From: Sedimenticola sp.
GTDB taxonomy: Bacteria > Pseudomonadota > Gammaproteobacteria > Chromatiales > Chromatiaceae
Reading direction: 5' to 3'
Assembly (NCBI GenBank): GCA_026994195.1
Contig: JALWRH010000030.1
Coordinates: 20-64,019, forward strand
Length of the DNA: 64,000 bases
The notes beneath the pieces are model-generated. The model saw nothing but the letters and a program-made list of their open reading frames with translations. It was not told where the DNA came from and made no database searches. Each line of letters opens with the position of its first letter. Position 1 is the first letter of the stretch. The translations under genes were made by a program, and so were the position numbers. Shown piece by piece: positions 61,168 to 64,000 of this stretch.

Positions 61168-63158
61168 AACAGCACCACCAGGGTTCCCAGGGTCCAGCCC
61201 AGATAGTTTCTCAAATGCCCGGTCTGCAGCCTTCCCGCCACGCGGCCGGCCTGGAGAACAGAGCGTATTACCGGCGCGTACAACCAGCCCCACAGGCGGT
61301 CACCCACCTGCAGGCTGTGACGCAACTGGCCGCTCTCATCATGTTTCACGCTTTCATCGATGGCAAACAACATGCCGAACACCCGGCGTATGGGCTGGGA
61401 GAATGCCGTGGCGGTGTACTGCATGCGGGCGTTCAGGGGAGAGAAGCCACAATCCCAGGCATCGCAACGGCGTACCTGGCGCACACCGCCCCGGCGCAAT
61501 ATCAGCGCCGCCAGCCACCAGGCCGCCAGCAGCCCCAACAGCACCAGGCCTGCCGAATAACTGGCGGTCTGCCCCCCCAGGGGCGTCAGCCACAGCCAGC
61601 CATGGGCCATGGCCTTGTCCAGACCCGTATGCAGCAACTGCCGGGGGATGGCATCGATAAGATGGATCATGGTAGTGGGCAGAACCCCCAGCAGCAGACA
61701 CAACAGGGCCAGAAAGCCCTGCCCCAGACGCATGCCCATATCAACCTCTCGCGCCTTGCGCGCCTGCTTGCTGCGCGCCTGACCGAGGAAACTCACCCCA
61801 TACACCTTGACGAAACAGGCCGCGGCCAGGGCGCCGGTCAGAGCGAGTATGGCGGCTGCCACAGGTATCAGGCTGCGCAACACGCCGTTCTCCAGAGACC
61901 AGGCCTGCAGGGCGGTCTGAAATGTCAGCCACTCCGAAACGAAGCCGTTGAACGGCGGCAGCGCCGCAATGGATATGCAGCCCACGAGAAAGAACAGGCC
62001 GGTCCAGGGCATCAGCCTGAGCAGGCCGCCCATGTGTTCCATGTCCCGCTGATGGGAGCTGTGCAGCACCGCGCCGGCGCCCAGGAACAGCAGGCTCTTG
62101 AACAGGGCATGGTTGATGGTATGGTACAGGGCCGCCACCAGTCCCAGGGCCGCCAGCAGGTGATGCCCGGCGCCCTCGAAGACCATGGACAGTCCCAGGC
62201 CGATGAAAATAATGCCGATATTTTCCACGGAATGATAGGCCAGCAGGCGCTTCAAATCGTGCTGCATCAGGGCATAGAGCACCCCCATGAGAGCGGATAT
62301 GCTGCCCACCAGCAGAACCGCCACGCCCCAGCTCCACTGAATACCGCCCAGCAGATCGAAACTGAAGCGGATGAAGCCATAGACCGCCACCTTGAGCATC
62401 ACCCCAGACATGAGGGCGGAGATATGGGAAGGCGCCACGGGATGCGCCTCGGGCAGCCAGGCATGCACCGGCAGCAATCCGGCCTTCATGCCGAAACCGA
62501 GGAAAGCCAGGGCAAAGGCCACCGTGGCCCAAAGACCGCCCACCTGAGCCGAGCGCATGGCATCAAAGGCAAAGCCGTGGCCATTGCCCGCCAGAACCCC
62601 ATAGCCGAGGAGAATACACAGGGCGCCGATCTCCGCCATCATCAAATACAAAAAACCTGCCCGGCGGTTAGCCGCGTTCTCATGCTGAAAGGTCACCAGG
62701 AAATATGAAGAAAGGGACATGAGTTCCCAGGCCACCATGAACAGGAAAGCGTCATCCGCCAGGACCACCAGCTGCATGCCCGCCACAAACAGCCCGGTGA
62801 AACCGCCCAGCACCGCCATGGAACCCCGGCCATGTTCGAACTCACGCAGGTAGCCCGGCGCGTAGAACGCCACCGCCACGCAAACCACGCCGATCAGCAG
62901 CAAAAAGAAACCGGACAACATGTCCAGACGCACATGCCAGGCCAGCCATGGCAGGCCAAAAGGCAGTTCCGCCGTGAAAACAGCGCCGCCGGACAGCAAC
63001 AACTGCATCCCGGCTACGGCCACGAGAAGCCCGGAAAGGCCCAGCAGGGGAATCACCAGCCAGCGGGTCAAAACGGAATAATGGGAACTGAACAGGGCAA
63101 AACCGGCAGAGAGCAACGCCAGTACGACACCAAGCAACGCGAGATTCAGTGCTTCCAT
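61152..63158 (-). CDS. NuoL/HycC/HyfB-like antiporter-type membrane subunit
   Basis: About 668 aa, polytopic. WLPEAHPVAPSHISALMSG motif. ATG 63158 (MEALNL) lies 2 nt after the XRE gene stop; the track start at 63164 is a TTG. Confidence 0.88.
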   Translation of the reverse strand: MEALNLALLGVVLALLSAGFALFSSHYSVLTRWLVIPLLGLSGLLVAVAGMQLLLSGGAVFTAELPFGLPWLAWHVRLDMLSGFFLLLIGVVCVAVAFYAPGYLREFEHGRGSMAVLGGFTGLFVAGMQLVVLADDAFLFMVAWELMSLSSYFLVTFQHENAANRRAGFLYLMMAEIGALCILLGYGVLAGNGHGFAFDAMRSAQVGGLWATVAFALAFLGFGMKAGLLPVHAWLPEAHPVAPSHISALMSGVMLKVAVYGFIRFSFDLLGGIQWSWGVAVLLVGSISALMGVLYALMQHDLKRLLAYHSVENIGIIFIGLGLSMVFEGAGHHLLAALGLVAALYHTINHALFKSLLFLGAGAVLHSSHQRDMEHMGGLLRLMPWTGLFFLVGCISIAALPPFNGFVSEWLTFQTALQAWSLENGVLRSLIPVAAAILALTGALAAACFVKVYGVSFLGQARSKQARKAREVDMGMRLGQGFLALLCLLLGVLPTTMIHLIDAIPRQLLHTGLDKAMAHGWLWLTPLGGQTASYSAGLVLLGLLAAWWLAALILRRGGVRQVRRCDAWDCGFSPLNARMQYTATAFSQPIRRVFGMLFAIDESVKHDESGQLRHSLQVGDRLWGWLYAPVIRSVLQAGRVAGRLQTGHLRNYLGWTLGTLVVLLWLIS

Positions 63159-63160
63159 GC

Positions 63161-63412
63161 TCAACCCTTGCGTTTCAGGCGCACACCGCGCCCACGGGCC
63201 TGGCTGGGCGCATCTTCGGCAATGAGTTCAACCCCCGCCTGTTCCAGAGCCGCCACCACTTTCATCAGGGTATCCACAGTGCCGCCGACCACGCCATCCG
63301 AAGATTCCATGCGCTGAATGGTAGGCAGGGATACCCCCGACAGCTCGGCCAGGGTCTTTCTGTCCATATCCAGCAAAGCGCGCGCTGCGCGTAATTGGGC
63401 GCCACTGATCAT
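63161..63412 (-). CDS. XRE-family helix-turn-helix transcriptional regulator
   Basis: 83 aa. ISGAQLRAARALLDMDRKTLAELSGVSLPTIQRMES is a classic Cro/C1-type HTH. Confidence 0.85.
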   Translation of the reverse strand: MISGAQLRAARALLDMDRKTLAELSGVSLPTIQRMESSDGVVGGTVDTLMKVVAALEQAGVELIAEDAPSQARGRGVRLKRKG

Positions 63413-63440
63413 AAAGAGATAGCAATGAATATCCTATAGG

Positions 63441-63459
63441 TTGATATATTTTATATCAA
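63441..63459. promoter_or_regulatory. perfect palindrome overlapping a candidate promoter of the XRE/complex operon
   Basis: TTGATATA-TTT-TATATCAA lies 28 nt upstream of the XRE ATG. Minus-strand reading gives TTGATA, 17 nt, then TAGGAT. A further TTGATAT half-site is at 63484-63490. Confidence 0.4.
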
Positions 63460-63491
63460 TACAGGACAAAAAAGGAAGCTTGATTGATATT

Positions 63492-63564
63492 TGTAGGTTG
63501 GGCTTCAGCCCGACAACATCAGCCGCGAACAGGAGAGAATGTCGGACTGAAGTCCGACCTACGG
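63492..63564. repeat. REP-like double-hairpin intergenic element, copy 3
   Basis: TGTAGGTTGGGCTTCAGCCCGACA - 26-nt spacer - TGTCGGACTGAAGTCCGACCTACGG, followed by TTTTTT. Confidence 0.9.
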
Positions 63565-63698
63565 TTTTTTCATGCCCCCGCACGCGGGGAAGGGTTTGGG
63601 AGGGGGTGTACGGACAATTATCCCCTCACCCTAACCCTCGGCAACCGCTCCATGCGTTACTCTGGAAATAGCGCGCACCGGTAAAAAACCGGCCTGGA

Positions 63699-64000
63699 TC
63701 AGGGCACGACCTGATCGATCACCAGCTCCACGGGCTTTCCTGAAGCAACATCCACGATGACTTCACCGCTCTGCAGGTCGCCACTGGAAGCCATGGGCTG
63801 ATTGCCCTTGGCAATGCGCGCCGCCAGTTTGAGTTGCGGATAATCCGACAGTTTGCTGCCGGGCTGCAGCATGTTGCTGTCGTCCAGGGTGAGTTCCGCA
63901 GGCAGATCTCCCGCCGTGAGCCGAATCGCCGCCACGGGCATGGGACGTCCGCCCACCTGCTTGGCGAAAATAAACAAACGATCGCCAGGCTTGGCTTTGT
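63699..64000 (-). CDS. ccmI: C-terminal part of a cytochrome c-type biogenesis protein CcmI/CycH-like; 5' end outside the window
   Basis: The frame is open to the window end. The tail FIFAKQVGGRPMPVAAIRLTAGDLPAELTLDDSNML ... AARIAKGNQPMASSGDLQ resembles the CcmI C-terminal domain from memory; no search was run. Confidence 0.5.
   Translation of the reverse strand, partial: KAKPGDRLFIFAKQVGGRPMPVAAIRLTAGDLPAELTLDDSNMLQPGSKLSDYPQLKLAARIAKGNQPMASSGDLQSGEVIVDVASGKPVELVIDQVVP

Noticed and set aside
55949-63158. Annotating the cluster as a functional formate hydrogenlyase / hydrogenase-4 (hyf/hyc)
   Set aside because: The large subunit has no Ni-Fe ligand CxxC motifs. There is no HycB/HycF-type ferredoxin subunit, fdhF, hycI or hyp gene in the window, so only the Ehr-like, non-hydrogenase interpretation is supported.

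Overview
This is a high-GC, densely coding chromosomal segment with gammaproteobacterial (Pseudomonas-like) gene order. From left to right it contains seven blocks. (i) A tightly packed surface-glycan or lipid-linked-sugar modification cluster sits where pilA would normally be. It comprises a flippase-like membrane protein fragment, a radical SAM/SPASM enzyme, two methyltransferases, an AsnB-type amidotransferase, a GT4 and a GT2. (ii) pilB-pilC-pilD-coaE-zapD-yacG. (iii) On the minus strand: mutT/ThiE-like fusion, argJ, secA, an M23 peptidase and a divergent DUF721/DciA-like gene. These are followed by lpxC and a complete dcw cluster (ftsZ-ftsA-ftsQ-ddl-murB-murC-murG-ftsW-murD-mraY-murF-murE-ftsI-ftsL-rsmH-mraZ) with a recognisable promoter and MraZ boxes. 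(iv) RNase P RNA (rnpB) with an unusually large structured insertion at P12, then rsmI and lpoA-yraN-diaA. (v) A mixed block: GlcD-like FAD oxidase, DUF4139 protein, NhaD antiporter, orphan phosphoribulokinase, ArsB/NhaD-family permease, dxs, TrmH-family methyltransferase, PlsC-family acyltransferase, POT transporter and FAD oxidoreductase. (vi) An XRE-regulator-led six-gene operon for a hydrogenase-derived membrane complex whose large subunit has lost the Ni-Fe ligands (Ehr-like). This is the most interesting system in the window. (vii) The 3' end of a ccmI-like gene. Three copies of a ~70-nt double-hairpin REP-like element occupy intergenic sites. I recognised no rRNA, tRNA, CRISPR, transposase or integrase genes. 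Many long ORFs in the supplied track are antisense shadows of real genes in GC-rich DNA.
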